In this document: positions 1 to 12,984 of the stretch, piece after piece
Position numbering within the stretch: position 1 is the stretch's first letter
Layout: the number at the start of each line of letters is the position of its first letter
Origin: Carcharhinus longimanus
Lineage: Eukaryota
Reading direction: 5' to 3'
Assembly: GCA_030264375.1 (NCBI GenBank)
Contig: JASCQW010000109.1
Coordinates: forward strand, 26,703,980 to 26,767,979
DNA: 64,000 nucleotides
The notes under the pieces: model-generated
Told to the model about the DNA's origin: nothing
The model's database searches: none
What the model saw: the letters and a program-made list of their open reading frames with translations, nothing else
Program-made: the position numbers and the translations under genes

Positions 1-342
1 CCCCCCCCCCCCCCCCCCCCAACATGGTGGAAAATGGGGACAGTTATTTTGTGGAGTGGGGCAATGTCTGTGGGGGCCATCGCTCCTGCTTTTTGCTCCT
101 GGGAGTGATGTGACAGGGGACCGTTTTCTAAATTTTTTTTCACCGCACATGCGCAGTTCGAAGTTCTGATCGGAGTTGCAGCGTTTCGGGTGCAATAAGC
201 CCCACCCACAGCACAATTCACACTCTCAATTATTTTTTTTCAGGCTGAGTGCATATGGAGGGGCGCCTGAGAACAGATTTCCAAGCTGGAACTGAATTGC
301 GCCCAGATTCAGCACCTGAAATCAAAATGGTAAAATCACCCC
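1..342. mobile_element. End of a non-autonomous PIF/Harbinger-type DNA transposon
   Basis: Terminal GGTAAAATCACCCC followed by TTA (343-345), matching the 3-bp TWA target of Harbingers. Internal GCACATGCGCA motif is shared with other copies in the window. Confidence 0.6.
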
Positions 343-344
343 TT

Positions 345-545
345 AAGAGACACAAGTTTAGCACGGCCAATCTACCCAACCCAGGCATGTTTGGACTGTG
401 GGAGGAAACCAGAGCACCCAGAGGAAACCCACACAGACACGGGGAGAATGTGCAGACTCCACACCGACAGTGACCCAAGCTGGGAATCGAATCCAGGTAC
501 CTGGTGCTGTGAGGCAGCAGTGCTAACCACTGTGCCATCGTGCCA
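345..545 (-). mobile_element. HE1-type tRNA-derived SINE, head only
   Basis: Minus strand reads GGCACAGTGGTTAGCACTGCTGCCTCACAG..GGATTCGATTCCC..TGTGGAGTCTGCACATTCTCCCCGTG, with pol III A/B boxes and the HE1 core. Confidence 0.9.
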
Positions 546-1229
546 ACCTGCTAGCTTCATTAGGATCTAAATAAAAAGGACAGCTTAGCATTTCTTGTTT
601 AGATTCATTGTCAGAATTACTGTTGTCAAACCTGCCGGGCATCAGCAGTATGTTTTGCTTTTCATTTGAACTAAATGCTGTCTAATATTGACTTTTCCAC
701 TGGGAGTAAATACATCTATTTCTGGCCAAGGATGAACAATGCTGACACAATGGGGTCAGGGGCAGAGATGGGTGAGCCTGTAAATTCCAGTGCTGGTGGT
801 GTGCTCGTTTTAAGATGCAATTCCTGAGGTTGGCAATGATTACCAGGATGAGAGGTGGGCAGATCAGCAATCCCGTCTGCCTCTCAGTTAACATACTTAA
901 GAAGCGCAGTAACAGCTTGTTAGTGGAGGAACGTTTAAGGCTGTGAACAGATTTCAGGAGCTGTCTTGTGAAGCGAGGTGGGTGAAGCGTGGGTAGAGGC
1001 ATGGCTGCCCCAGGAAATCACCTTGGGTTTGCAGAAGAAGGTCAGCAAGGAAAAGGGATACTCACCCTTTGCAAAGAAGGTGAGCTTGACACTGTGCGGG
1101 TAGTAGGGAGAGTGGGCACAGTGCTTGAGTATTGGATGCGTCATCACCCATCCCGGGACTGAAGAGAAGTGAGCAAGGCTGCCAGCTGTCCAAAATGAAG
1201 TATGCAGCTGGCAAAACGGCCATGGCTGT

Positions 1230-2150
1230 CAGCTTTTTGGTCCAGTGGCGACAAGGGGCACCCTCCCAGGATCCAGAGCAACAGGAAGTCATGGGGCAGG
1301 CAATGGAGACCAAACCCTCACCACATAATTTATCACCAAAGAGAAAGCCAACTGGAGATAACCGAGACCCAGCGTTGGGGGAGATTGTAACTCTTCAGGA
1401 AAATGGGCACAGACATCTGTGACCTTGTCACCCCAAACCTCCCAGCACTGTTTGCCATGCTGTGCCAGTGGCTGTCAAAGTCATTGTGGCCTTGGACTTC
1501 TGGTTCCTTAGAGGGGTCAGTTGTGGACCTTGGTGGTATCTTACCAATAGTTGCACCCACAGTATCTCACAGGTTCTTAGTGCCCTTTGTGCCAGAGCTG
1601 GACAGTTTATGACAGAAGTGGCCGTGCAGGGACAGAGGGCAGTGGGTTTTGCCACCATCACTAGATATCATTAGGAGTACGGCATCATTGATTGCATCCA
1701 CGTGGCCATCAAAGCACCCAGTGACCGCCCAGTCCAACTCATCAACAGGAAGAGCTTCCATACACTCAACGCTCAGTTGATCTACAACATGCCGTAATAA
1801 TAGCTTCCCCCATGTGTGTACTCACTTTCCTGGCAGCTGTCTGATGCCTTCATCCTCCACCAGTCCATGCCAGCTCACATTTTCCCTACAATCTGCTAAG
1901 TGTATAGATGGAGCCTCAGAGAAACATGACTACTCACCACAAACAAGAGTCCCTGCAGACAGGGACACAAAGGTGGTACAACCAATGTTACCTACTGATT
2001 ATTTCACAGAGAGCACACTATAGTGCTTCCAAAGATGTGGTTGCACAGGTTAGGTGACACACTGTAACATCATCCAAAAGGGCCTGTGCTCTCTTCACAA
2101 CATGGCCTTCCAGAGAAGTTTTGGACCTTGAGAAAGGTGAGGCCCTGGAA
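1230..2150 (+). pseudogene. Harbinger (HARBI1-like DDE_Tnp_4) transposase, frameshifted
   Basis: Fragments [55 protein letters not shown] and VCTHFPGSC-DAFIL match the HARBI1-family motifs (GAIDCTHV, NRKGxHSxNVQ, PGSxHDA). Multiple stops and frameshifts. Confidence 0.9.
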
Positions 2151-2536
2151 GGAGACAGCATACTGGGAGAGGAGTAGGAGGAAGAGACAAGGGAGGAGGT
2201 GCAAGTTGAGATAGTGGGATGTGATGCTAGCCACACAGATGCTCCTACTAAACCAGACAGAATGGCACAGCTTGAGGTATAAATATCAGAAAAGTATGCC
2301 ATGAACATCAAAAATCTGAAACTTCAGTGGAACCCTTGTCATTTAGGTTGAGGGACAGAATGGAATCTAAGATATCTAGGCTAACACAAAAATACATAGA
2401 AGATACAGCTCAGAATATCTAATCACCATCAATGAAGGAAGAACATCCATCCAAAGGCTTTGCCTTCACTGTGGTAATTCCCATTACTTCTTTAATCACC
2501 ACATACCACTTATCCTGCAATGATAACAATCAAAGG

Positions 2537-2996
2537 TGTTGTGTCTTGCCACACAGTGTGTTTTTAACTCTTATATGGTGGACAAAGAACTGCGAGTCAA
2601 CAACTTATTAGTGCAATAACATTTATTCATTCACACAATCAATATTAGTTACAGTAGTTACTTTTACAGAACAATCAAGGTTCAAACTTAATGTTGGACT
2701 TTGAGTAACTGACAAATACCCAAGCAGATATTGGCCTGTATCCATTTATTGGTCTCTGCAGTCTCCTCGGAATGGTCTGATCCTCTTTGCCTGTTCTATT
2801 CTTCCTCCTTCTCCTCTGAATGGTCCAGGGTTGCCCTTCACGGTAGTTGGTCTCTAAATCGCCCCTGCTGTTAGTGTGTTGTGTAGCAGCTTTATCATTT
2901 AGTTATTTTCTGTCCTTTAGGGTGGGCCCTCAATTGTTATCAATCAATCAGAGTTCGATCACCTTAATCAATGGAGTCCAATCAGGTGCTGCCACA
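2537..2996 (-). mobile_element. Solo LTR inserted in the Harbinger remnant
   Basis: TGT...ACA ends, AATAAA on the minus strand (~2620), about 460 bp, LTR-like composition. Confidence 0.55.
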
Positions 2997-5412
2997 TCAA
3001 TTTTGGGGTGTGTACCAAGCAGCAATGCTTGTGGGTGCTGGAGGCCTGTAGGTCACACACCTACCTCCCAAATAAGGGGTTAAGGCACCCCTTTGGTAAA
3101 CAAATATGTTTGACCAGAAAGTGTTCATTGTCTTTGGGAGTAATTCCAGTGCATTCCCAATGGCTAAGGCTGCGGCCTGCTTGTATCAATCTTTACACAC
3201 ACTTGGCCATCCTATCCCATCATGCTTTGCAATTGCCATCTTTGATGGCCTGTTTGACCACAAAGGAGTGCTAGATGGCAGGTTGGTAGTGTCATCTTTG
3301 TAGTGTTCAATTGTTCTGCGTTTGATTATGTGAGTTTGTTTACTTTCCTTTCCTGTTGTGCTTGTTGGGTTAAACCTTGGGTGTGGACTCAGAGTAAAGT
3401 AAACAATCCATAGAAAGAGCTGGAAGTCAGAAATGAAGCATGGAGTAGACATTTTTTAAAAAAGTGCGGCATACGTTGAAACCAATGTTATCTCTACATG
3501 GATCCAATATTTAAGCCATACACCAATCATTTATACAGTGAAATGAGCGGAAAACATTAAGAACACACCCAGTGACCCACTCAGTACTCTGCATTATGAG
3601 TTGTCCTCCTGCTGGTCTCCAGGAAGGGGACCTGCCTCCTCCTTCCACAGCCTCCATCATGTAATCCAATGAAGTGAGGGTCTATCTTGCCTTGGCTTCC
3701 ACACATCCAGCCCTTCTGTGACATTTGACTTCTCATTGCTGCTTTGGCCCAACTCTCAGGATTACCAGTGGCCTCAGCCTGGCTGCTGAGGGGGTGTTTA
3801 AATCAGCCCTTTACTTCATTCATCTGACCCGCCTCCAGTTCCATCCTCACTGGCTCTAAGTGAACAGAGAACCCACCTTGATGCCAATTATAGGCTAAAT
3901 CTGGCTTAATTTTAATCAGTTTCCTATTGGGGGGGGGGGGTGGTTTTNNNNNNNNNNNNNNNNNNNNNNNNNNNNNNNNNNNNNNNNNNNNNNNNNNNNN
4001 NNNNNNNNNNNNNNNNNNTGTAAAGGCTGCATGTAAATATGATTTGTCATTGTATAAGATCAAATGAAGTCCCTGGTGGCTCGAAGCCACGGGGAATCAC
4101 TTAAACCAGTGTATTACCCACTGCTTTTGATCTCCTAATTGGAAAAGGTCATTTTAATGATCTTGTTCATGGAAGTAGATAGACTGAATAGAACAAGGAT
4201 TGAGACAAGCTAAGTATTTGAATTGAGGCCATTTTTTTAAAATGTTGATGCGTTGTTTACACCTGGCAATGCCAGGCTCTGTCAGGTCAGGTATAACCTG
4301 AACCTTTTCTGTTGTGCAGCCCCAACCTGCCGATGATTGCGGTGATGCAGTGTGACACACTGCCCAGGAGAGGGCACCTCTCTCCTTCAGTCTGTCTCCA
4401 GTTATGCCTCGGAACAAGATTGCCACAAGGGACGTTTAACACTGCCTCTGTTATTATAATATATTTACCCTTCAAGTGAACATACATTTCGGGCCAGTTT
4501 CCTATTACCATGATGACAGCTATTCAGCAGGACGCAAGGACTGTAATTCCTGAGTTTGACCAGCTCATTTTGGTGCTGGCAAACTTCATTTAGAGGAGTG
4601 CTCGGAGGCAGCCTGGCTGTCTACAGGCAGCCTGATCAAAGAACAGAAAAGCATCTGGTTTTACTCTGATTTCTGTCACAAAGGGAAAAAAGCTCCTACA
4701 AGTAAATCATGAAAATGAATACCTGTACCTGTCCTCGGGCACTAAGGAGGCCGCAACTATTTTACACATGACCTATTTCCACTTTGGAGGTCACGAATAA
4801 TTTGATTTAATTGACTATTACATTATGAATATACTTATATTTGAATTATTACTCAGCACATTAATAAAGCATTGAAATCAAATTTCCATGCTCGAATTCG
4901 CATTGCTTAACTCACGTTTAATAGGTCAAATTTGCAAATCTGCAGACGCTGATCGAACTTTTTTGCAAACCCCTGCAGGCCAAGGTTCAAATCTAACAGC
5001 CCATATAATCACCAAAGTGTATCCCAGTCAGCTAAAATGGCTTTGTTGTTAATTCTCTGTCTAATGTAAAGAGGCAGACACATTCTCCATTTCAAAAAGA
5101 GCCCAATTAATTCTAGCAGAAGCGCTTATCCAGAAAGATAGCGGCAGCATCCGCTATCATTCCCATTATTATCTTCTATATTAGCCAATCTGTACTCACT
5201 GTCCTGAGTGGGATTACAATAAATAGCTGGAATCAATAAGCCATTCCAAAATATATCAGTTCTTCCCCGCCACACTACTTAACAAATTGGTCACGCAGTT
5301 TAACGTTACGTTTTAGCCTTGTGATTTGGATAATCTTAGACTTGAAGGTTAGTAGTTGTACCCTATAAACTGGTGTTTGTTGGTTCTGTACACACAGTGG
5401 TGGAAGCAATTT

Positions 5413-6150
5413 GGGTCAGAGATTTACACTCCCAATGCCCCGGCAGGTTCTGAGGCAGGGGTAGGATCGTTTAATGCGTGGACAGGATTCCCTCCAGGAT
5501 TGTGCATGCCATGACCCAGCTGTGGTTTTAGGGTGGGGCAGGCAGGAGCTCAGATGGGAAGCCCACCCATGTCCCTGTTAAGTTGCCACTTAATGGGCAA
5601 TTAGGGTCTTTTTCCCCACCCAGCCTCAAACATTAGGCTGTGGACAACTGATGAATGAGGGTGGAAAACTGAAAAAGTTATCCTTCATCTTGGGTGGGAA
5701 GGTGGGGGGAAACTGTGTCTCAATTGGAAGGCCCCTTTAAATGGGGGGTTAATCTCCCCTCGGGGTCTGGAGACTTCCAGCCCTCCCTTTCCCCCTATCT
5801 ACCCCCTGACACTGAGACTGGCTCCTTGCTAACTCTCCCAAGAAATCCCTTACCCTCGCCTCTTGTATTTACGTGAAGTATGGTCTTGGAACTTAGTCTC
5901 AGGCATGGTACTGCAGTATCTCTTCTGACCACTACAGCATTGTGCCTGGAGGGGCTGGAGAACTGTTGGGCAATCAACTTCTCTCCAAGGCAGGGTTTAC
6001 ATCCAACGACAGACAGAAAGCCCACGTGCTGCCAATCAATGCTCAATGGTGTAAGAAATGACAGCGTGCCTGTTAGAGGCGGCAGGGATGCCTTCCATGC
6101 TGACTCTCAGGATGACGGGTGTCGAGCTCTCACCGTCCTGAAAATTCAGG
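5413..6150. mobile_element. Non-autonomous Harbinger-like element
   Basis: GC-rich block with TIR-like ends (GGGTCAGAGATTT... / ...AAAATTCAGGC). Confidence 0.5.
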
Positions 6151-7127
6151 CTATGAATTATTTCCATGTCAAACCCAAAATACATCACTTCTGCTGTCCA
6201 CCAGGCCAATCTTGGGAATTTGATCCCACCACATCTGGGCTAATATATTTGGAATGCAGGTCACACACGGGCCTTGTGAGGAAAGACATTTCAGAAGATT
6301 GTACTTGACCAAAAAGCTACGAAGACCTACATCCATGGCCTTCGAGCTGCATTGCTCTCTCTGTGGCTGTGAAGGAGATCACCAAACTCAACTTTTATCA
6401 CACAGGCTTATTTCACTGTGCCACAGGGCACTCGGTAAAATCAGCTAGGCTGCACTATCATGCACTTTACAAGAAGAACTCATCACCTTTGCACCACAGC
6501 AAGTCAGCAACAAGGCTGGAACATCCATTTTTACAGAGATACTTACTTTCCCCAAGGTAGCTCCCACATAACTTTGCAAGCTTCAATTAGGAAACACCCT
6601 CGACTACTTTAACAAGAAGAGTTATGTCTCTGTCAGTGTAGAGATTGTATGTGACAACATGTGAAGAATCCCATACAACAATGTTTGATGTGTTGGAAAG
6701 TATCATGACTTCCTCCTCACTAATCTTTTTAAGGAAGAAAACCATGTTGTGATGCTGTATGATTGATAAAGTCTATTTCCTGAACTCAAGAAATTGACCA
6801 TATTAAAGGTGCTCTTAAGTGCACAGATGAACAGTGTAGGATGTGTCCCAAATAATGTTGTAGTAGTACTGGGTTGGAGTGACTGGTGACTAAGGACATA
6901 GAACAATAGAGGTTTATTATTAACTCTGAGCAGCGTTCCTGCCTGCGCTTCAGGTAGAACTCCCACGATCCCAGCACGTGACACCCCACCCCTGTGTATT
7001 TGCTTCATCCCAGTATCCACGTGACCAGCTGGTCTACAGTTAGAAAGCAGGTTCAGGTGCATGGCCCAAATAAGCACTCTTTTGTACAGAGTACAAGAAA
7101 CAAACTGAACAAACGTAAGATCTGACT

Positions 7128-7460
7128 GGCACAGTGGTTAGCACTGCTGCCTCACAGTGCCAAGGACCCTGGTTCAATTCTGGCCTTGGGTGTCTTGGTG
7201 GAGTTTGCACATTCTCCCTGTGTCTGCATGGGTTTCCTCTGGGTGGTCCAATTTCCTTCCACACTCCAAAGATGTGCGGGTTAGGTAGATTGGCTATGCT
7301 AAATTGTCCTTTAATGTTCCAAGATGTATATGTTAGGGGAAATAACAGGGTAAATATATGGGGTTATGGGGATAGGGCCTAGGTAAGACGCAATGTCAGA
7401 GAGTTGGTGCAGACTCAATGAGACAAATGACCTCCTTCCTCACTGTAGGGATTCTATGAT
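7128..7460 (+). mobile_element. Full-length HE1 SINE with CR1 (HER1)-type tail
   Basis: GGCACAGTGGTTAGCACTGCTGCCTCACAG head and ...GGTGCAGACTCAATG..CACTGTAGGGATTCTATGA tail. Confidence 0.92.
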
Positions 7461-7469
7461 GCTTATGAG

Positions 7470-7830
7470 GACATAGGTTATATGGCACAGAAACAGGCCA
7501 TCCAACCCAAACAATCCACACCAGTTTTTATGTTCCACTCAAGTCTCCTCTCATCTAAATCTAAATTACCATCTATTCCCTTCTCCCTCAAATGCTTTTC
7601 ATGCTTCCTTCAAGGTCTCTACTATATTTGCTTCAACCCTCCACATTCTTTGGGTAAAGTATTTTCTCCTGAATTCCCTTCTGGAGTTCTTGGTGATGAT
7701 CTTATATTGATGGCTTCTAGCTCTGTTCTCCTGTACAGAGAAAACATTCTCACTGTATCTACTCGACCAAAACCATTCATCATTTTAAATGGCTTTGTCA
7801 GTTACCTCTCAGCCTCCTTGTTTTCAAGAG
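7470..7830 (-). mobile_element. CR1 LINE 3' fragment
   Basis: Reverse complement of the CR1 3' end (GGCACAGAAACAGGCCAT..., ...CTCTCAGCCTCCTTGTTTTCAAGAGAAAA). Confidence 0.7.
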
Positions 7831-7844
7831 AAAAAAGACCCCCG

Positions 7845-8358
7845 GGGCTATCTTACCACCTCATCTTGCTGGTTGATCGGCGTGGCGAACCTGTAAGACC
7901 GCGGGAGAGGCGAAAAACTGGGTTCATGCCCAGTTTCTCGTCTCTTGTGTTACTACCAGTTCTGGATTGCCAATGTAATCAGCCTTACTCCCAGGAAGCA
8001 TGCGAGGCTGATAATAATATTTAAATTTCAATTTAAATATTATTAGTGAGACTGGGACAGAATTATCAGGGCTCACTTGCCTTAATGATCTTGCCAACAG
8101 AGATCCTCACTGGCGAAGATCACGTATAGTCTTCCACCAATGGGGACCAGATGTGATGGCCTTGTTGGTGGGACAGGAGACCATTAAGGAGCCCCCAGTG
8201 GTTGGGGCAGTGTCAGCCTGGCACCCTGGCAGTACCAGGCGGGCGCCCTGGCGCTGCCCACAGGCAGTGCCATGGGCCAAGACCTAAGGGGAGGGAATGG
8301 GGCTTGAAGGATGAGCGCCTAACGGGAGGCAAGGGACTGCACAGTCTGCATCAGGAAT
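7845..8358. mobile_element. Non-autonomous Harbinger-like element, runs into N gap
   Basis: GGGGCTATCTTACC terminus and repeated GGCAGTGCC/GGCAGTACC motifs as in the other copies. Confidence 0.6.
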
Positions 8359-9399
8359 NNNNNNNNNNNNNNNNNNNNNNNNNNNNNNNNNNNNNNNNNN
8401 NNNNNNNNNNNNNNNNNNNNNNNNNNNNNNNNNNNNNNNNNNNNNNNNNNNNNNNNNNNNNNNNNNNNNNNNNNNNNNNNNNNNNNNNNNNNNNNNNNNN
8501 NNNNNNNNNNNNNNNNNNNNNNNNNNNNNNNNNNNNNNNNNNNNNNNNNNNNNNNNNNNNNNNNNNNNNNNNNNNNNNNNNNNNNNNNNNNNNNNNNNNN
8601 NNNNNNNNNNNNNNNNNNNNNNNNNNNNNNNNNNNNNNNNNNNNNNNNNNNNNNNNNNNNNNNNNNNNNNNNNNNNNNNNNNNNNNNNNNNNNNNNNNNN
8701 NNNNNNNNNNNNNNNNNNNNNNNNNNNNNNNNNNNNNNNNNNNNNNNNNNNNNNNNNNNNNNNNNNNNNNNNNNNNNNNNNNNNNNNNNNNNNNNNNNNN
8801 NNNNNNNNNNNNNNNNNNNNNNNNNNNNNNNNNNNNNNNNNNNNNNNNNNNNNNNNNNNNNNNNNNNNNNNNNNNNNNNNNNNNNNNNNNNNNNNNNNNN
8901 NNNNNNNNNNNNNNNNNNNNNNNNNNNNNNNNNNNNNNNNNNNNNNNNNNNNNNNNNNNNNNNNNATTGTACCCCCCCCCCCCGACATCTGTCAATCCTT
9001 CTTGAGGGCAATTAGGAATGGGCAATAAATGCCAGCAATATCAATATTCCATGAAAATTTTAAAAATATCCTTACTTGATCACACGTGTCCATACACATT
9101 CCTTTTAAACCTCGGCACTGTCTCCAATGCCTTGATATCCTTTTTGTAATATAACACTGAACATTACTCTAAGTGTGGTCCAGTCAATACAGATTTGGCA
9201 TAACTTCCCTATACTCCAATCCTATTCCACCAAAATCCACTTGTTCCTTTACTCCATCAACTTCCAAGCAATAAGTGACTTCCCTATCCCTCCCACCAAA
9301 ATGTACTCACATTTACCCGGGTTGAACTCTATTTGCCAATTAAATTGTAGGCAGAAATTTAACTTGGAGGGTGTAACTTAGTAAACTTGCAAGGTGGTC

Positions 9400-11395
9400 A
9401 GAATTGGGAATTAAATGTACCAGATTTTAAGATCTAAAGGAAAGATGGGAGAAAAAGAGGAGAGGGATGCAGAGGGAAGGATAAAATCACTTCACTGAGG
9501 ATATAAACAGTGTAAACAGGCAATGGAGACTTCATGGGTAAAATTAAGGAATAGAAAATAATTGAATGCTATAGCAGTTGTGTCTAGACCCCTGGTTGTT
9601 CCTGTTACATGGTAGATTACATAAATATTGAGATTAAACAAGCAGAGTAGTTATAATAGGGATTTTAACTTTTAGGTAGATTAGGGTAAATGTGTTGAAC
9701 AGTAGTGGATTTTCTGAGTATCTCTGAGATAGCTTTCAGCAACAGAATGATCTGGGACCAACCACGAGGCATGTCTTATCGGAATTAGAAATGGCTAATG
9801 AGCCAGATTCAGTTCACAAACTTAAGGTGTAAAACTGTGTTTCCTATCAGCCACGGCAGGAATCATCACGGGTGGGAGAGAACGTTTGATGGACCAGTCA
9901 AAGGTGCGCTGACTTTGGGCGGGAATTTCCATTCCCTGCTGTACCAGGACCAGAAAAGCCTGGATATATTATTTGAAAGGGAGAAACAGCGATGAAGATT
10001 TTAGACTTACGTGAGGCTGACTTCAGTGCAATGAGATAGAGATTGTCTGGAGTAAATGGGGCAAATCTGCTAAGTGGAGGTTTTTTTAAAAAAATTGAAT
10101 GTGACCCTGAATGAGTTTGTAACTGTTCTGAAGCAAGGTCCTTGACCTGAAACACTTTCCCTGTTTCTTTCTCTACAGATATTACTTGAGCTGCTGAGTA
10201 TTTCCAGCATTGACTGTTTTTATTTCAGGTTTTCAGCACCTGTAGCATTTTACTTGAGTTTATAACACTAATGGGTGTGAGCTCTATCCACTAACTAAAG
10301 AATTAAAAGACAGTATAAAACTAAAGATAAAGTAAAAAAAACTGGCACAGCAAATAGAAAAAATACATAACAAAAACAGTAACAAAACAAATAGCAAGTT
10401 CCTTAAACAAGAGAAGTTTGAAAATAAGCTTACAAAGGATATCAAAATTAACACAAGAAATTTTTACAATGACAATTAATGCGATCCCTTGAAAATTGAT
10501 AATGGTGATGTTGTCACTGAGCATAAAGATATGGTGGAAGAATTGGACAATTGCTCTGCATCAGTAGCTGCAGTGGAGGAAGATGTCAGTCTGTTCAACA
10601 TCCTAAGTAAATGGACTAAATTGTGACAAATGGATTTCAGTGCAAGCAATATAAAGTCATCCACTTTGGACTCAAAGGGTAGAATAGGTTACTTTCTAAA
10701 TGGTGGAAAACTAAAAACATGGAGCTCCAATGAGACTTGGGGGTCTGTTACAGAGTTCATTAAAATGTCATGAATTGGTACAGAAAGTAATCAAAAAGAC
10801 TAATGGAATATTGGCCTTTACATCTAGAAGACCAGTATATAAGGGGGTGAAGTCATGCTTCAACTGTACAAAACCCTGATTAGACTATGTTGAAAATGCT
10901 ATGAGCTGCTCTGGCCACCACATCATGGGAAGTATATATCCATTCTCTAGGGTGGACATCATAGGTTTACTAGAATCATAACTGAACTCCAAGGATTAAA
11001 CTATTCAGTGAAGTGAAACAAACTCTGGTTATATTCCCTGGAATTTAGAAGATCAAGGGATGATTTAATCAAAGGTTTCAAGTGGAACAGCTAGAGTCAA
11101 TGGAGAGAAATTATTTCTGCTGATTGGAGAGCCAAGGACTAAGGGGAAAATTAGGGCCAGTAAAATTAGGAAACATTACTGTTAGGGTGATGGAAATTTG
11201 AGAACGTCTTTCACAAATGGCAATTAATGCACAATCAAATATTAATGTTGAATGAGATTGATAGATACTTTTAAAACAAATGTATTAAGGGAGATGGAGC
11301 AATTACAGATATGTGGAGTTCAATCACAAGTCATCCATGATCTCATTGAATGGTGAAACAGATTTGAAGGGCTAATGACCTACTTCACTTGCTAT
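9400..11395 (+). mobile_element. Fragmented CR1 LINE (endonuclease remnants, RT C-terminus, 3' UTR) with a MITE (~9830-9965) and a Penelope-derived insert
   Basis: Degenerate GDFNF-like endonuclease motif (~9660), 'LYKTLIR' (~10865), TTCCCTGGAATTTAGAAGATCAAGGGATGATTTAAT, and CR1 tail CCATGATCTCATTGAATGG. Confidence 0.8.
10125..10255 (+). mobile_element. Penelope-like element-derived short repeat
   Basis: TCTGAAGCAAGGTC..GACCTGAAAC..TCTCTACAGAT..CTGCTGAGTATTTCCAGCAT; same family as 59157-59290. Confidence 0.7.
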
Positions 11396-12984
11396 GTCCT
11401 TGTGGGTAGCAGAGAAGTGCTACCATAAGGCACGTATCTCTGTAAGTCTGTGCATCAACAACACTATTGGAAGCCTTAGAGGTTTTTGTTTTGGCTTGGA
11501 CAGATCGGAAGGTGTTCTGCAGGATGCTTCAGGTCAAGTCTCATGTATAGGTACACCATGCTGTGCTTCACCATTCAAAATGAACTGAACTGTAGCAATG
11601 CTTGGGTGGTTGCGCTAGCTTCAGTGGGAACAGAATTACATGGAGGAGAACATCACAAGAATTTGTACTCCAAGGAGTCCTCAGTGACTGCTGCAGGAAG
11701 CATGGTAGTGCATCTCATCATGGAAATCTTTAGTTCTGCATAACCAAGACTACCTTAATTATTGAAGTTTTAACTTCATCTCCCCACTTTGAAATAGATT
11801 CATTATTTCAATACCCATTCACAAAAAGAAAAATGTATCAACCATCCTTGGCCCTTCATATCATGAATTGATTGAATAATGAAATACCAAACATAAGCAA
11901 CCTATTAATAATAAGGCACAATCCAACTGCATATCCTATTTTCTTGCGTAAAAGTAAATAATGAATATAAGACAATTTATGCTTCCTTGACAGTATGGTT
12001 CCCTTGGGTACCTACATGTGCTTTTCCTTCAACTATTTTAGTGCTCCTCCATGTTGCAACTTCTGGGCCACTAGCGCAAGAAATGTTTGGTTACCTGAGA
12101 TCTATAAAAGGGTGGAGAGGTTGAGGTGACCTCTTCTGGCATGGAGTTACTGCCAATATATCCTTGGAGGTTGTTCCTGGGCAGTCTGGTGCTACCTCCT
12201 ATGTTTCATTGGTCTGAACTCAAAGGCTAGTGGCCTGGTATGTTTTGGTATCCTATGAAAAGCTCATCTGAACGACCAATTCCCAATTCACCAACCGTAC
12301 CTTCTCGCTGGAACTCACCCTTACAGCACTCACTTGGCCACAATGCAAAAACAAAAGCCACCATGAAATCAACATTTCAAGCTGAATTTCTAAACTAAAC
12401 TATGCCAATTGCATGTCAACGTGAATGAGTTACCCACGTGCATTCTGTTATTTCCAGTCTTCAGTGTGCCTTTGCTTGTCATAGTGCTCCTATCAGTGCT
12501 ACCTCAATAAATGGCTGGGGGAAGGCTGCTGAATTTCAGTGAAGAAAGTCCTACAAGATGCAGCTGTGGACTGCATCATGTCAGTCTGGGTTAGCTAGCT
12601 GACGTGTAACATCAAGGGCACTGGTGGAGTGGTAGTATTAAGAAGACAAACACATCATCATGAGAGAGGGCAACAGATCTGCACTCCCTGGAGTTAGCTC
12701 TGGTACACCTTCCCCCTCCCCACCCCCTACTGCACCTCCTCGATTAAGCGCAGCATTACAGCTTTATCAGTGATATTAAGGGACTGATAAGGGATATATT
12801 TTCTGCAAGCCGGAGCATTAGTTGCCGACTAAGAAATGTTTAATTGATGATGATTTCAGTTTGTTTGTTCTCTTGAAACTTGAAATTTTGTTGAGTGATT
12901 CTTTTACGTTGGTCATTGGGAATTCCAATCTCTATTTTAAAAGTTATCAGTCTCCAAGGAAATCATAACAATGGGTACAATATT

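Larger units (their letters stand above)
730..3945 (+). mobile_element. Decayed autonomous PIF/Harbinger transposon: transposase on +, probable Myb/SANT ORF remnant on - near 3.0-3.75 kb
   Basis: Transposase remnant at 1230-2150. Minus-strand 'SLDYMMEAVEG' near 3650 loosely resembles the Harbinger Myb/SANT N-terminus. Outer limits are uncertain. Confidence 0.55.

Noticed and set aside
372-560. Recurrent short ORFs such as MAQWLALLPH / VVSTAASQ (also 7134, 21305, 54979) suggesting a peptide family or tRNA genes
   Set aside because: They are translations of HE1 SINE heads, which have A/B boxes but no complete cloverleaf.
1230-2150. Possible domesticated HARBI1 gene
   Set aside because: Many stops, frameshifts and deletions; a dead transposon copy.
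8202-9025. Long ORFs of 224-267 aa (also 55784-56434)
   Set aside because: They stay open only because they run through N gaps.
12090-12290. TATAAAAG followed by a GC-moderate stretch, a possible promoter
   Set aside because: No CpG island or first exon; more likely an old LTR-like fragment that I cannot classify.
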